A stretch of 64,000 nucleotides of DNA from Candidatus Aenigmatarchaeota archaeon (GCA_038998335.1 JAVZHQ010000001.1:288001-352000), one strand, 5' to 3'; positions 9,771 to 20,300 are shown, counted from the first letter of the stretch. The notes: generated from the sequence alone by a model not told the origin. Translations and numbers: made by a program.

Positions 9771-10559
9771 GTGAGCATTTTACCTCAGTTTCAGTTGTTA
9801 GAAGGAAAGTTATACCAAAAGAATTTGGACATAGAAAAAGAATGGGCTAAACAAGAACAGGAATTCGCTTTTCCAAGTATAAAATTTCCTAAAATAAAAA
9901 TATCAGACAAACTAAAAGCGATGATAGGGGTTTCGGCAGGGGTACCTCTAACTCTTACATTTCTTGAGCATGTAGCAGCGCTTTTTAACGTTGATGTTAG
10001 CTCTTTACCTTGGCAAATGGTAGTAACTTCTCTCATGTTTGGTCTTTCTTATAAGATAACTAAAAAATACATAAAAAATGAGAAGAGTTTGCCTATTCAT
10101 TTCCTCGGAAATGTGGCAGTAGTTCCTTCGGTCTTTGATGGAAGTTCTTACGCATTGTTTTACTTAAAAAATAATGGGAATGCAGGAAGAAGAGGTGAAT
10201 GGATTGAATCAGTTTACCCCAGCGCCATTTCGAAATTTTTAGCATCTCCTGTGTACAAAAACTTTCTTTTGATTGATGCGCTCGCTCTTTCTGTTTACAC
10301 AACTTATTCAAGCCTTCAGTTTTTGGATAAAAAATTCAAAATAGTAAGGAGAATGAAAGAAAAAATAATTGATCTTTACTCTAAAGTTTATGAGAGAGTA
10401 AACAGAGTTTATCAGACCTCTCCTTTGCACAAGCACTTGGTAAGAGGGGCTTTGTCTGTACCTCTTGTTGCTTCTGGAAATTACTGGATAACCCTGGCAC
10501 CTATCGTAGGAATTGCTATGGCTGAAGGAATGAGTCAGCTTAAAAATCTTTTAAGATGA
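9771..10559 (+). CDS. Hypothetical membrane protein
   Basis: Several hydrophobic segments; no known motif. Confidence 0.6.
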   Translation: MSILPQFQLLEGKLYQKNLDIEKEWAKQEQEFAFPSIKFPKIKISDKLKAMIGVSAGVPLTLTFLEHVAALFNVDVSSLPWQMVVTSLMFGLSYKITKKYIKNEKSLPIHFLGNVAVVPSVFDGSSYALFYLKNNGNAGRRGEWIESVYPSAISKFLASPVYKNFLLIDALALSVYTTYSSLQFLDKKFKIVRRMKEKIIDLYSKVYERVNRVYQTSPLHKHLVRGALSVPLVASGNYWITLAPIVGIAMAEGMSQLKNLLR

Positions 10560-11398
10560 TTTGCCTTATTAAAACCTTTAATCAACTCATCCGTGTCCTG
10601 GCCTAAGTTTTTTCCTATGTAACCTCCTTCAAGAACGAAAAAAGTTGGTTTTTTAATTTTACCTATAATTTTTCCTATTTCTCTATAACAGCCTGTACTT
10701 AGACCTAAGGAAGCTAAATCACCTTTATGAGCATCAAAGCCTGCAGAAACTGCTACAACTTCTATTCTACTTAAATCGACTTTTTCTATAGCTTTTCTCA
10801 AAGTTCTCAAGTAAGTTTTGTCCCCACATTCTGCACTTAAAGGAAAGTTTAAACAGTTTTTTTCAGATTTATAACCTGTTCCTGGATAGAAAGGAAAACG
10901 ATGTAAAGATATAAAAGTAACTTTTTCATCACCAAGAAAAATTTCTTGCGTGCCATTACCATGATGTCCGTCTATATCTATAATCAGCGTGTTCAAATCC
11001 ATTTTTTTAACAGCTATAGCTACGTTGTTAAAATAACAAAAACCTCTTGTTGAAGCATTCAAAGCTATTCCGTTTTTTCCTGCATGATGTCCAGGAGGAC
11101 GCATAAGAGAAAAGCCGTTAATTTCAGCAGCAAGTATTGCTCCTCCTGCAGAAAGTCTTGCATATTCATAAATGTTTGGATAAGCAGGAGTGTCTGGGTC
11201 TTCTATTTCTCCTTTCCTAACTTTTTCAACATAACTTTTTGTATGAACTCTGAGCAAGTCTTTAAGAGAAGCAGGTTTGGACTCTAAGAACTCATAACCT
11301 TTGCTTTTAAGAATGTTGTAAGCTATTATAATTCTTTCAGGGTTTTCAAGATGATATTCCCCATATTCTAAACATTTCCTTGAAAACACTATTTCCAT
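10535..11398 (-). CDS. Histone deacetylase family protein
   Basis: RPPGHHA, GFCYFNN, DIDGHHGNGTQ, SAGFDAH, LEGGY. Confidence 0.95.
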   Translation of the reverse strand: MEIVFSRKCLEYGEYHLENPERIIIAYNILKSKGYEFLESKPASLKDLLRVHTKSYVEKVRKGEIEDPDTPAYPNIYEYARLSAGGAILAAEINGFSLMRPPGHHAGKNGIALNASTRGFCYFNNVAIAVKKMDLNTLIIDIDGHHGNGTQEIFLGDEKVTFISLHRFPFYPGTGYKSEKNCLNFPLSAECGDKTYLRTLRKAIEKVDLSRIEVVAVSAGFDAHKGDLASLGLSTGCYREIGKIIGKIKKPTFFVLEGGYIGKNLGQDTDELIKGFNKANHLKRFLS

Positions 11399-11457
11399 AC
11401 AACCAATTTTATTCTCAAATTTTTTCTATTTAAAGCTAAAATACCGATTTTTTAATA

Positions 11458-11694
11458 ATGTATAAAATAAGGATTTACAAGGTTTCTAAAGAAAAGTTAA
11501 AAGGAGCTTTAGGAAGAGCTTTTCCTTTTGAAGGAATAATTGAAATAGCCTCAGAGCTTTATGGTTATAAAGAAAAAGAAGTTTTGGAGCATGAGTTAAT
11601 GCATATAAAATACCCTTTTCTTTCTGAGTATGAGATAAGAAAAAAGACAAAACTTAAACTTCTTTCCTTAGGAATAATTCCATCCTTCCATTAA
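11458..11694 (+). CDS. Small HExxH (zincin-like) protein
   Basis: VLEHELMH motif followed by a downstream Glu. Confidence 0.6.
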   Translation: MYKIRIYKVSKEKLKGALGRAFPFEGIIEIASELYGYKEKEVLEHELMHIKYPFLSEYEIRKKTKLKLLSLGIIPSFH

Positions 11695-12188
11695 GCTAAT
11701 TCTATTTTTCTTCTTATCCAGTAAGTTTCTTCCTCGCTTCTTTCCTCTTTTTCTTCTTTGAGCTCTTTTTCTTCTTCAGGTTTTTCTTCTTGAGGAGCAA
11801 ACTCTCTTATTCTGTTTGCTATGTTTTTTATTTCTTCCTCGCTCATAGCTATTGGTTGAGCCTCAATTAAAGGCATTTCTTTTTCAAAAATTGGATAGAT
11901 TCTTACGTGAAAGTGAGGAACTATTTCTGAGTTTATAACAGAAAAACTTATTTGTCTTGGTCTCAAACTTTTTCTAATCATTTCTGCAACTTTAAGAGCA
12001 GAATTAAAAACTTTTATTGAAACTTCAATATTTTCATCAAAATTTTGATAATGTTGCTTAGGAATAACTATGCTCATCCCTACACTTCTTGGGTTAATGT
12101 CTAGAAAAGAAAGAGTAGCTTCATCTTCGTAAATTATATTGGCAGGGATTGCTTTTTTAGCTATGTTACAAAAAACACATTTTTCCAT
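11691..12188 (-). CDS. HIT family hydrolase
   Basis: CVFC, FLDINP, VPHFHVRI; acidic C-terminal tail. Confidence 0.9.
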   Translation of the reverse strand: MEKCVFCNIAKKAIPANIIYEDEATLSFLDINPRSVGMSIVIPKQHYQNFDENIEVSIKVFNSALKVAEMIRKSLRPRQISFSVINSEIVPHFHVRIYPIFEKEMPLIEAQPIAMSEEEIKNIANRIREFAPQEEKPEEEKELKEEKEERSEEETYWIRRKIELA

Positions 12189-12292
12189 AGTTTTAAATTC
12201 ATCTTTCGAGTTATAAATTTATTGTTTCCGATTAAACTTTTATTTATTTGCATATAAACATTATAAATCAAAAAATTTAGTAGGGAGAAAAA

Positions 12293-13270
12293 ATGGTTAA
12301 AGAAAGCAAGCCTAGAAGCGGAAGTCTAGCCTTTTATCCAAGAAAAAGAGCTAGAAGAATTTATCCTAGGATTAAGACTTACCCTGAATCTGAGAAAGCT
12401 AAGATTCTTGCTTTTGCAGGTTATAAGGCTGGAATGGCTCAGGCTATTGTTGTGGATAATAGAAAAGGCTCGCCAACTTTCGGTCAGGAAATTTCTGTTC
12501 CTGTAACCATAATAGATTGCCCACCTCTTAAAGTTGTAGGAATAAGAGCCTACAAAAAAACACCAAAAGGTTTGAAAGTATTAACAGAAGCTTGGGCAAA
12601 AGATTTGCCGAAGGATTTAGAAAGGAAGTTAAAAGTTAAACCAAAGGAAGAAAACTTGAAAAAAATTGAGGAAAATCTGGAGAAGATTTCCAAGATAAGG
12701 TTAATAGTTTGTACTCAACCAAGACTTTCTGGAATAAAAAAGAAAAAACCTGAAATTTTTGAAGTAGAAGTTGGTGGGAAAGAGATAAAGGAAAAGTTTG
12801 AGTTTGCTAAAAGTTTGTTTGGAAAAGAAGTAAGCGTGAAGGATTTTGTTAGAGAAGGTGAACTTGTTGATGTTATAGCAGTTACAAAAGGGAAAGGTTT
12901 TGCAGGCCCAGTAAAAAGGTTTGGAGTTAAGATTCAAGTTAGGCATGCAAAAAAGAAGTTGAGACATGTTGGAACCTTAGGTTCGCAAGTTCCAAGAAGA
13001 GTTTTGTACACTGTGCCACAAGCAGGTCAGTTAGGTTTTCAAACAAGGACTGAACTAAACAAAAGAGTTCTTAAAATAGGCGAAAGTGGAAAAGAAGTAA
13101 ACCCAAAAGGAGGATTTATAAGGTATGGAATGATAAGTTCAAACTATCTTGTTGTCCAAGGTTCTGTTCCAGGACCTAAAAAAAGATTGATAATGCTTAG
13201 GCATGCTATCAGGCCTGGAAAGGTTAAGTTCTTACCTATGGAGATAAAGGAAATAGTAACGAGTGGTTGA
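12293..13270 (+). CDS. rpl3: 50S ribosomal protein uL3
   Basis: PRSGSLAFYPRKRA, FAGYKAGM, GSVPGPKKRL. Confidence 0.98.
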   Translation: MVKESKPRSGSLAFYPRKRARRIYPRIKTYPESEKAKILAFAGYKAGMAQAIVVDNRKGSPTFGQEISVPVTIIDCPPLKVVGIRAYKKTPKGLKVLTEAWAKDLPKDLERKLKVKPKEENLKKIEENLEKISKIRLIVCTQPRLSGIKKKKPEIFEVEVGGKEIKEKFEFAKSLFGKEVSVKDFVREGELVDVIAVTKGKGFAGPVKRFGVKIQVRHAKKKLRHVGTLGSQVPRRVLYTVPQAGQLGFQTRTELNKRVLKIGESGKEVNPKGGFIRYGMISSNYLVVQGSVPGPKKRLIMLRHAIRPGKVKFLPMEIKEIVTSG

Positions 13271-13622
13271 AATGGACAAGATAGAAGAATTAACAAGAAA
13301 AATTGTTGAATTTAGGGATAAGAGAGACTGGAAGAAATTTCACAATTTTAAAGATTTAGCTATAGACATTTCTATAGAGGCTGCAGAACTTCTGGAAATA
13401 TTTCTATGGAAAAAAGAAAACGAACTAGAAAAAGTTGTGAGGGAAAAAAGAAAAGAAATAAAGGAAGAATTAGCAGATGTTTTTATAACATCCTTACTTT
13501 TGGCTCATGATTTAGGTCTTGATGTTTATGAAATAGTGAAAGAAAAAATCGAGAAAAATGAGAAAAAGTATCCAGTAGAAAAATTTAAAGGTATAGCTAA
13601 AAAATACAGTGAAGTGAGATGA
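13263..13622 (+). CDS. MazG-like nucleotide pyrophosphohydrolase (dCTP pyrophosphatase family)
   Basis: FRDKRDWKKFH, EAAELLEIFLW, EELADV, NEKKYP. Confidence 0.92.
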   Translation: MVEMDKIEELTRKIVEFRDKRDWKKFHNFKDLAIDISIEAAELLEIFLWKKENELEKVVREKRKEIKEELADVFITSLLLAHDLGLDVYEIVKEKIEKNEKKYPVEKFKGIAKKYSEVR

Positions 13623-14416
13623 TGAAAGCAAATGTTTTTGATTTGCAAGGAAATGTTTTAGAAAAAATAGAATTACCAAAAGTTTTTGAAGAAAAAGTAA
13701 GGGAAGACCTTATCTTAAGGGCTTTTTTAGCTACTATTAGCAAGAAAAGGCAGCCTTATGGAACGGATAAGATGGCAGGAAAAAGAAGTTCGGCACATTA
13801 TCATGGAGTAAGAAGAGAAAGATGGACGATGATGAATCGTGAGATGGCAAGAATGCCACGCTTGCACGGAAAAATTTCTCCTCATCTAATGTGGCGTGCA
13901 AGAGTTGTACCACAAGCTGTTAAAGGAAGAGAAGCTCATCCTCCAAAGATTGAAAAAGTATGGGAACAAAAGATAAACAAGAAGGAAAGAAGGAAAGCTA
14001 TTCGCTCAGCAATAGCGGCTACTTCTATAAAAGATTTTGTTTTGAAAAGGGGGCATAAGGCTGAAAAGATAGAACTACCGATAGTAGTTGAAGATAAAAT
14101 TCAAGAAATTAAGAAAAGTAAAGAACTTGAGGAATTCTTAATAAAAATTGGGCTGGAAGAAGAACTGGAAAGAATAAAAAAGAAAAAAGTAAGAGCAGGA
14201 AAAGGTAAAATGAGGGGAAGAAGATATAAGAGAAAAGTAGGGCCTTTGATAGTTATAACAGAAGATAAAGGAATTGGAAAAGCTGCAAGGAATTTACCCG
14301 GAGTAGATGTATGCAGGGTTGAAAATTTGTCCGTTGAAATGCTCGCTCCAGGAGCAAAAGCAGGAAGATTAACCATATGGAGTAAATCTGCTGTAGAAAA
14401 ATTGGTGAGTAAATGA
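13619..14416 (+). CDS. rpl4: 50S ribosomal protein uL4
   Basis: RQPYG, VPQAVKGREAHPP, LAPGAKAGRLTIW. Confidence 0.97.
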   Translation: MMKANVFDLQGNVLEKIELPKVFEEKVREDLILRAFLATISKKRQPYGTDKMAGKRSSAHYHGVRRERWTMMNREMARMPRLHGKISPHLMWRARVVPQAVKGREAHPPKIEKVWEQKINKKERRKAIRSAIAATSIKDFVLKRGHKAEKIELPIVVEDKIQEIKKSKELEEFLIKIGLEEELERIKKKKVRAGKGKMRGRRYKRKVGPLIVITEDKGIGKAARNLPGVDVCRVENLSVEMLAPGAKAGRLTIWSKSAVEKLVSK

Positions 14417-14706
14417 GCAAATACAAAAAGCGGATAATATCAAAGGAAATTATTGATAAGGAATTTGAAGAGCAACAAAGATGTTACATTTTTCGAGATG
14501 AAATAATCAGTAAGTACGCAGGTAACGATAAAAAGATGAAGCATCAAGTAAGGGCAGATTTGAGAAAATTGGTCAACTCAGGTTATTTAGTACTTCTTCA
14601 TTTATTTAATGAGTATTATGGTTCTGTTAAGATTTATGTTAAAAGTGAAAATAAAGAAGAACTACTTAAAATTTGGAAGAAAGACGGATGGAGAATGGTG
14701 AATTAA
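14413..14706 (+). CDS. Hypothetical protein inserted between uL4 and uL23 (possible winged helix)
   Basis: ATGA overlap with uL4, abuts uL23; LRKLVNSGYLV resembles a wHTH. Confidence 0.65.
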   Translation: MSKYKKRIISKEIIDKEFEEQQRCYIFRDEIISKYAGNDKKMKHQVRADLRKLVNSGYLVLLHLFNEYYGSVKIYVKSENKEELLKIWKKDGWRMVN

Positions 14707-14967
14707 ATGGACCCTTATAAGATTTTACGCTACCCTTATTTAACAGAAAAATCAATTAGCTTGGTTGAAAAAGAAAATAAAATTGTTTTTGTAGTAGATA
14801 GAAAAGCTACAAAAAAGCAAATAAAAGAGGCTTTTGAAAAACTTTTCGAGGTAAAGGTGGAAAAAGTAAACACAGAAATAACTTTGAAAGGCGAGAAAAA
14901 AGCTTATATAAAATTGAAGCCTGAGTATAAAGCTATAGATGTTGCTATGAAGCTAGGAATGGTTTAA
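14707..14967 (+). CDS. rpl23: 50S ribosomal protein uL23
   Basis: PYLTEKS, VEKVNT, KKAYIKL. Confidence 0.97.
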   Translation: MDPYKILRYPYLTEKSISLVEKENKIVFVVDRKATKKQIKEAFEKLFEVKVEKVNTEITLKGEKKAYIKLKPEYKAIDVAMKLGMV

Positions 14968-14976
14968 GGTGTTTTT

Positions 14977-15681
14977 ATGGGAAAAAGAATAATAGCAAGA
15001 GCAAGAGGAAAAGGTGGCCCAAGGTATAAAGTGCCAAGTCACAGATATTTAGGTAGAGTAAGTTATGCTCCTGTTACTGGAATTTCTGGAAAAGTTTTAG
15101 ATATAGTTCATGACCCTGCTCGTTCAGCTCCTGTAGCAATAGTAAAACTTGAAAACGGAAAAGAAATTTTGCACATTGCCCCAGAGGGTTTAAGAGCAGG
15201 AGATTTGATAGTTTATGATGGTGAGCCAAAAGTTGGTAATGTTTTACCTTTGGAAAAGATTCCTGAAGGAACAAAGATTTGCTGCATAGAAACTTTTCCT
15301 GGTTCTGGACCTAAACTTTGTAGAAGCTCAGGAAGTTTTTCTATTGTTGTAGGAAAAACAAAAGATAGAGTTAAACTTCAGTTTCCTTCTGGAAAAATAA
15401 TAGAGCTTGATAAGGATTGTAGAGCAATGATAGGAGTGCCAGCAGGAGGGGGAAGAATAGAAAAACCTTTTGTTAAAGCGGGAAAAAAGTTTTATGCCAT
15501 GAAAGCAAGAGGAAAATTATGGCCAAGAGTTAAAGGTGTAGTTATGGCACCTGTCGACCATCCTTATGGAGGAAAGAGCCATAGACCAAGACCAAGTAAA
15601 ACTGTCTCAAGACATGCTCCTCCAGGAGCAAAAGTTGGGAGCATTGCCGCAAGAAGAACTGGAAAGAAAAAGGGGAGCTAA
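14977..15681 (+). CDS. rpl2: 50S ribosomal protein uL2
   Basis: HDPARSAP, WPRVKGVVM, DHPYGG. Confidence 0.98.
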   Translation: MGKRIIARARGKGGPRYKVPSHRYLGRVSYAPVTGISGKVLDIVHDPARSAPVAIVKLENGKEILHIAPEGLRAGDLIVYDGEPKVGNVLPLEKIPEGTKICCIETFPGSGPKLCRSSGSFSIVVGKTKDRVKLQFPSGKIIELDKDCRAMIGVPAGGGRIEKPFVKAGKKFYAMKARGKLWPRVKGVVMAPVDHPYGGKSHRPRPSKTVSRHAPPGAKVGSIAARRTGKKKGS

Positions 15682-16086
15682 ATGGCAAAAGTTTTTACTT
15701 ATCGAGGCTATACCTTGGAAGAACTTAAAAAAATGAGCATAAATGAGTTTGCAAAACTTTTAACTTCTAGAGAAAGAAGAAGCTTGTTAAGAGGTTTGAC
15801 AGAAAGACAGAAAAAATTGTTAGAAGAAATAAGAAAAAATCCTGAAAAGTTTCATAAAACACATGAAAGGGATATGATTATTTTGCCTGAAATGGTTGGC
15901 GCAAAAATTGGAGTTTATATTGGCGGTACAAAAAAAGGAGAAAGTGGGAAGTGGGCATCAATAGTTATTACTCCTGAAATGATTGGTCATAGGCTTGGGG
16001 AATTCGCTATAACTTGTAAAAGAGTTAAGCATTCGGCTCCCGGAGTAGGAGCAACTCGTGGTTCAAAGCATGTAGCAATAAAGTGA
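15682..16086 (+). CDS. rps19: 30S ribosomal protein uS19
   Basis: [33 protein letters not shown]. Confidence 0.97.
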   Translation: MAKVFTYRGYTLEELKKMSINEFAKLLTSRERRSLLRGLTERQKKLLEEIRKNPEKFHKTHERDMIILPEMVGAKIGVYIGGTKKGESGKWASIVITPEMIGHRLGEFAITCKRVKHSAPGVGATRGSKHVAIK

Positions 16087-16090
16087 TAGT

Positions 16091-16450
16091 ATGAAAACTG
16101 CTTCTGCTATTTTGGAAGATTCGAGAATTTCTCTTAAGCATTCTGTGATTATTTGCAGAGAGATAAAGAATAAAAGAATTGATAAAGCAAAGGAATTTTT
16201 GGAAATGCTTATCGATAAAAAAATTAGTTTGGACGGAAAGTATTATACTAAAGCTGCTAAACAAATTTTGGAGATTTTAAAGACTGCAGAAGCAAACGCA
16301 AAAGTAAAAAAATTAAATCCTGAAAAACTTTTTGTTAAAGTTGCCAAAGCTGATAAGGGAAGAGTTTTTATTAGGCCGAAATCAAGATGGCGCTTTAGAG
16401 GAAGAAAAGCAAAGGTTACAAGAATAGAAATAACCTTAGGGGAAAGATGA
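16091..16450 (+). CDS. rpl22: 50S ribosomal protein uL22
   Basis: ISLKHSVIICREIK, AEANA; position between S19 and S3. Confidence 0.92.
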   Translation: MKTASAILEDSRISLKHSVIICREIKNKRIDKAKEFLEMLIDKKISLDGKYYTKAAKQILEILKTAEANAKVKKLNPEKLFVKVAKADKGRVFIRPKSRWRFRGRKAKVTRIEITLGER

Positions 16451-17124
16451 TGGCTGTGGAAAAGCTTTTTGTAAAGGAAGGTATAAAGGAAGCACAAATA
16501 GAGGAATTTCTAGCCAAAAAATTTGAAAAAGCAGGCTATAGCCATACAGAAATTCAAAGAACTCCTCTAGGAATAAGAATAATAGTATATGCTCATAAAC
16601 CTGGCTTGGTTGTAGGAAAATCTGGGAAAAAAATAAAAGATATAACAGAAGAGTTAAAAGAAAAGTTTGGTTTAGAAAATCCTTTGTTAGACGTGAGGGA
16701 AGTAGAGCAGCCTTTGTTAGATGCTAACATAGTCGCTAGAAGAGTTGCAAGAGCCATAGAAAAAGGAGTAAACTTCAAGAAGGTTGCCAATTATTACGTG
16801 GAAAAAGTTATGGAAGCAGGAGCGATAGGTGTACAAATAAGAATAGGGGGAAAGCTTGCAGGAAAAGAGAGAAGTAGGTTTCAGAAGTTTAAAAAGGGTT
16901 TTGTTGCTTTTTCTGGAGATTATGCTGAAACTTTAGTTGATGTAGGTTATGCTCAAGCTATGATTAAACCGGGAATAGTTGGAATTCGAGTTCATATAAT
17001 GAAAGAAGCTCCTAAGGAGCTAGAGTTTGAAAAGGGGATAAGAAAGGAAAAAGAATTTAAAGCTGGAGAAGAAATAGAAAAAAAGGAGGAAAGTGGTGAG
17101 AAAGAGCCTCAAGCTGAAAAATAA
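16447..17124 (+). CDS. rps3: 30S ribosomal protein uS3
   Basis: RTPLG, KPGLVVGKSG KH domain, GAIGVQIRIGGKL. Confidence 0.97.
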   Translation: MMAVEKLFVKEGIKEAQIEEFLAKKFEKAGYSHTEIQRTPLGIRIIVYAHKPGLVVGKSGKKIKDITEELKEKFGLENPLLDVREVEQPLLDANIVARRVARAIEKGVNFKKVANYYVEKVMEAGAIGVQIRIGGKLAGKERSRFQKFKKGFVAFSGDYAETLVDVGYAQAMIKPGIVGIRVHIMKEAPKELEFEKGIRKEKEFKAGEEIEKKEESGEKEPQAEK

Positions 17125-17166
17125 AGTTTTGAATTTCTTCTTAATTTTAAAAGGTCAGTTTGAGTT

Positions 17167-17376
17167 ATGAAAGAGTTTAAAGCGAAACAGTTAAGAGAAA
17201 TGAAGCTCGAAGATTTGAATAAAAAGCTTTCTGAGTTAAGATTAGAGCTTATGAAAGAAATGGCTAACGTTAAAATGGGCAGACCTGTTAAAAATCCTGG
17301 AAAGATTAGAGAATTAAGGAAAACTATAGCGAGAATTTTAACTATTAAAAAAGAGAAAAGTGGAGGAAAGAAATAA
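17167..17376 (+). CDS. rpl29: 50S ribosomal protein uL29
   Basis: NPGKIRELRKTIARILT. Confidence 0.95.
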   Translation: MKEFKAKQLREMKLEDLNKKLSELRLELMKEMANVKMGRPVKNPGKIRELRKTIARILTIKKEKSGGKK

Positions 17377-17378
17377 GA

Positions 17379-17678
17379 ATGCCAGAAGTTTGCCCAAAAT
17401 GTGGACTTCCTCTTGAACTATGTGTTTGTAAGACTATAGAAAGAGAGGCAGAAAAAATCAGAGTTTTCATAGAAAGAAGAAGGTTCGACAAGCCAATAAC
17501 AATAATAGAAGGAATAAAAGAAAACGCAAAAGAAATAACCTCTCAACTTAAACAAAAACTTGCCTGTGGTGGAACTTTTAAGAAAGGACATATTGAGCTT
17601 CAAGGCGACCATAGAGCAAAAATAAAGGAATTGTTAGTAAAGCTTGGTTATTCAGAAGATTTAATTGAAATTATATAG
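17379..17678 (+). CDS. sui1: Translation initiation factor SUI1 (aIF1/YciH)
   Basis: CPKCGLPLELCVC, LKQKLACGGT, IELQGDH. Confidence 0.95.
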   Translation: MPEVCPKCGLPLELCVCKTIEREAEKIRVFIERRRFDKPITIIEGIKENAKEITSQLKQKLACGGTFKKGHIELQGDHRAKIKELLVKLGYSEDLIEII

Positions 17679-17705
17679 GTTAAAAATTCAAGAAAAAAAC
17701 GAAAT

Positions 17706-18560
17706 TTATTCTAGTAGTAATTCTTTAATTTCTTTTTCTGTTAGCTTTGAAACTTTGTTTATGTAATTCTCTTGTGAATTCTGTAAAAAAGTTTTAAAAT
17801 TATACTTTTCCAGCAATCTTTTAAGCTTCTCAAATTCTCCTAAATCAAAATTAAATTTCTTCTTGAAAGGAGTAACAAGAAAGAAACGTCCTTCTTCATA
17901 GTTTGCTGGGTTAAAAATAGAGTCCATGCATTTTTTGATTTTTTGTTGAGAAAAGCTATTATCTTTTGTTATATTTTTCAAGAACAGCTTGGCTCTTCTT
18001 TCCATTTCCCTCCTTTTAAGAGATTCGTTTAGTTTGTCTTGAAGAAGGAAGAGGAACCTTCCATACGTTACACATCTCCCGCCATTTTTTTCGGTAACGT
18101 CAAACTCTATGTAGGAAGATTTTACAAAATCTAGTTCAAAAAGATTTTCCACAGTTTCTCTATATATGTCTAACAAGTATTGGTTAAATATGTATTTTTG
18201 ATTTTCCTCACCAAGATAAAGTGGAGATCTATAGCTTATCAACTTTTCTTTATAAAAAAATCCTAAATGAAAATCTGAAAAAGTTTTTTGAAGTTTTGAT
18301 AAGGCTAGTTTAAGCTTTCTCTGATGTTCTAAATTTTTTTCATTAAAATCAAAAAAAGTAAGCGAAGTTGTCAGCCAGGTTGAGAAGTATGACTTTTTAA
18401 AGGGAAAGTAAGATTCATGATATAAAATGCTTAGGTTATCGTTTCTTGTGTTAAGAGAAAATGAGGAAAAAGAATCAAAAATAGGCCGACACTTTGATAT
18501 GGTTAAAAGCTCGTATAATTCACAAGCTTCTTTAAAAAAACTTGAAAGCTCTACCTTCAT
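17706..18560 (-). CDS. Hypothetical protein, antisense insertion in the ribosomal operon
   Basis: 284-aa ATG ORF filling the gap between sui1 and rpp29; no motif recognised. Confidence 0.65.
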   Translation of the reverse strand: MKVELSSFFKEACELYELLTISKCRPIFDSFSSFSLNTRNDNLSILYHESYFPFKKSYFSTWLTTSLTFFDFNEKNLEHQRKLKLALSKLQKTFSDFHLGFFYKEKLISYRSPLYLGEENQKYIFNQYLLDIYRETVENLFELDFVKSSYIEFDVTEKNGGRCVTYGRFLFLLQDKLNESLKRREMERRAKLFLKNITKDNSFSQQKIKKCMDSIFNPANYEEGRFFLVTPFKKKFNFDLGEFEKLKRLLEKYNFKTFLQNSQENYINKVSKLTEKEIKELLLE

Positions 18561-18630
18561 AAAAAATTAATTTGTGTTTAAAAAATTTAAATGAAAGAAG
18601 AGTTAAATTAAGCCTTGAGTAATTAATAAT

Positions 18631-18915
18631 ATGCCAATTACACCAGAAAACTTAGTTAGGCATGAGCTTATTGGGTTAGAAGTAAAAATAAAGGAGAGTA
18701 CTGATTCTACTCTTAAGAATTTAAAGGGAAAAATAATAGACGAAACCTACAACACTTTCAAGATAGAGATAAAAGGAGGGAGAGAAAAAATTATTCCTAA
18801 AAAGAATTGCATATTTATATTTATTCTGCCTAATAAAACAAAAGTACAAGTTGATGGTAAGATATTGATTGCAAGACCAGAAGATAGAATTAAAAAGAAG
18901 TTTAGAAGATGGTAA
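18631..18915 (+). CDS. rnp1: Ribonuclease P protein component 1 (Rpp29)
   Basis: [23 protein letters not shown]. Confidence 0.93.
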   Translation: MPITPENLVRHELIGLEVKIKESTDSTLKNLKGKIIDETYNTFKIEIKGGREKIIPKKNCIFIFILPNKTKVQVDGKILIARPEDRIKKKFRRW

Positions 18916-19241
18916 GGATGAAAGATGTAGGCATAGATGTTAAGCCTCCAGAAAAAGAGTGTAACGATGAAAAATGCCCGTTTCACGGTAAGCTTAAAAT
19001 TAGGGGTAAAATTCTAGAGGGAAAGGTAGTCTCAGCTAGAGCACAAAAAACAGTAATAGTTGAAAGAAATTATCTTCTCTATATCCCAAAGTATGAGAGA
19101 TATGAAAGGAGACGTTCAAGAATTCCAGCTTATAACCCTGAATGTATAAATGCAAAAGAGGGTGATACAGTAAGGATAGCAGAATGTAGACCGTTAAGTA
19201 AAACAAAGAGCTTTGTTGTGATAGAAGTTTTGGGTAAGTGA
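18909..19241 (+). CDS. rps17: 30S ribosomal protein uS17
   Basis: [27 protein letters not shown]. Confidence 0.97.
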   Translation: MVRMKDVGIDVKPPEKECNDEKCPFHGKLKIRGKILEGKVVSARAQKTVIVERNYLLYIPKYERYERRRSRIPAYNPECINAKEGDTVRIAECRPLSKTKSFVVIEVLGK

Positions 19242-19245
19242 GACT

Positions 19246-19536
19246 ATGAATTTTATTGAGCCTACTCTTCAAAAAATAATTTTAGAACTTTATCAAAAGG
19301 AAAGGCTAACTAAAAATGAAATAGCAGCAATAATCAAACCTCAACTTAAATACTTTTCTCCAGAAACAAAAAAAGCTGAAGCTTATAGAGGTGCAAAAGT
19401 TTATGCTAACTTCTTGGAAAGGGCTAATTATGCTATTAGGTTTAGCTATAAAGGAGGGGACTATACTTTACAGATTACAGAAAAAGGCAAAGAGGTTGCT
19501 AAAAGGTTAATGGCGATGAAAAATGAAAGCAGTTAA
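19246..19536 (+). CDS. Hypothetical winged-helix-like protein between uS17 and uL14
   Basis: [17 protein letters not shown]...[13 protein letters not shown] resembles a wHTH wing. Confidence 0.65.
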   Translation: MNFIEPTLQKIILELYQKERLTKNEIAAIIKPQLKYFSPETKKAEAYRGAKVYANFLERANYAIRFSYKGGDYTLQITEKGKEVAKRLMAMKNESS

Positions 19537-19921
19537 AGCAAGGATAACAAAAGCATTAAATGTAGGGAGCTATTTAGTTTGCGCAGATAACACTGGAGCA
19601 AAAGTTTTGCAAATAATTTCTGTTTTTGGTTATAAAGGGAAGAGGAGAAGGCAACCTAAAGCAGGGGTTGGAGATATGGTAAAAGTAACAGTAAAGGAAG
19701 GGGATGTAAAGATAAGGAAGCAAGTTTTAAACGCAGTAATAATAAGGCAAAAAGCAGAGTATAGAAGGTTAGAAGGAATAAGAGTAAAGTTTGAAGATAA
19801 TGCTGCTGTTATAGTTGACGAGAATGGCGAACCAAAAGGAACTGAAATTAAAGGACCAGTAGCAAGAGAAGCGGTGGAAAGGTTCTCTGGAATAGGAAAA
19901 ATTGCAGCTATGGTAGTTTGA
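19523..19921 (+). CDS. rpl14: 50S ribosomal protein uL14
   Basis: [24 protein letters not shown]. Confidence 0.98.
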   Translation: MKAVKARITKALNVGSYLVCADNTGAKVLQIISVFGYKGKRRRQPKAGVGDMVKVTVKEGDVKIRKQVLNAVIIRQKAEYRRLEGIRVKFEDNAAVIVDENGEPKGTEIKGPVAREAVERFSGIGKIAAMVV

Positions 19922-19922
19922 T

Positions 19923-20300
19923 ATGAAAAGGCCAAAATCAAAAAAACCTAGAAAGCAAAGAAAATTTTTGTATGAAGCACCTTTACATTTAAGAAGAAAA
20001 ATGATTTCTGCTCATTTATCAAAAGAGTTAAGAGAAAAGTATAAAACAAGAAGCTTACCCTTGAGAAAGGGGGATGAAGTTGAGATAATGAGAGGCGAGT
20101 TTAAAAAAAGAAAAGGAAAAATTTCAAGGGTTGACACAAAAAATTATAGGGTTTATATCGAAGGTATTACAAGGAAAAGGACTGATGGTACAGAAAGGCA
20201 AGTTCCAATTCATCCTTCAAACTTGAGGATAATAAATTTAAACCTTGAGGATAAAAGAAGGGTTAAAATACTTGAGAGAAGAATGAAGGGAAAAGAATGA
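19923..20300 (+). CDS. rpl24: 50S ribosomal protein uL24
   Basis: [25 protein letters not shown]. Confidence 0.97.
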   Translation: MKRPKSKKPRKQRKFLYEAPLHLRRKMISAHLSKELREKYKTRSLPLRKGDEVEIMRGEFKKRKGKISRVDTKNYRVYIEGITRKRTDGTERQVPIHPSNLRIINLNLEDKRRVKILERRMKGKE

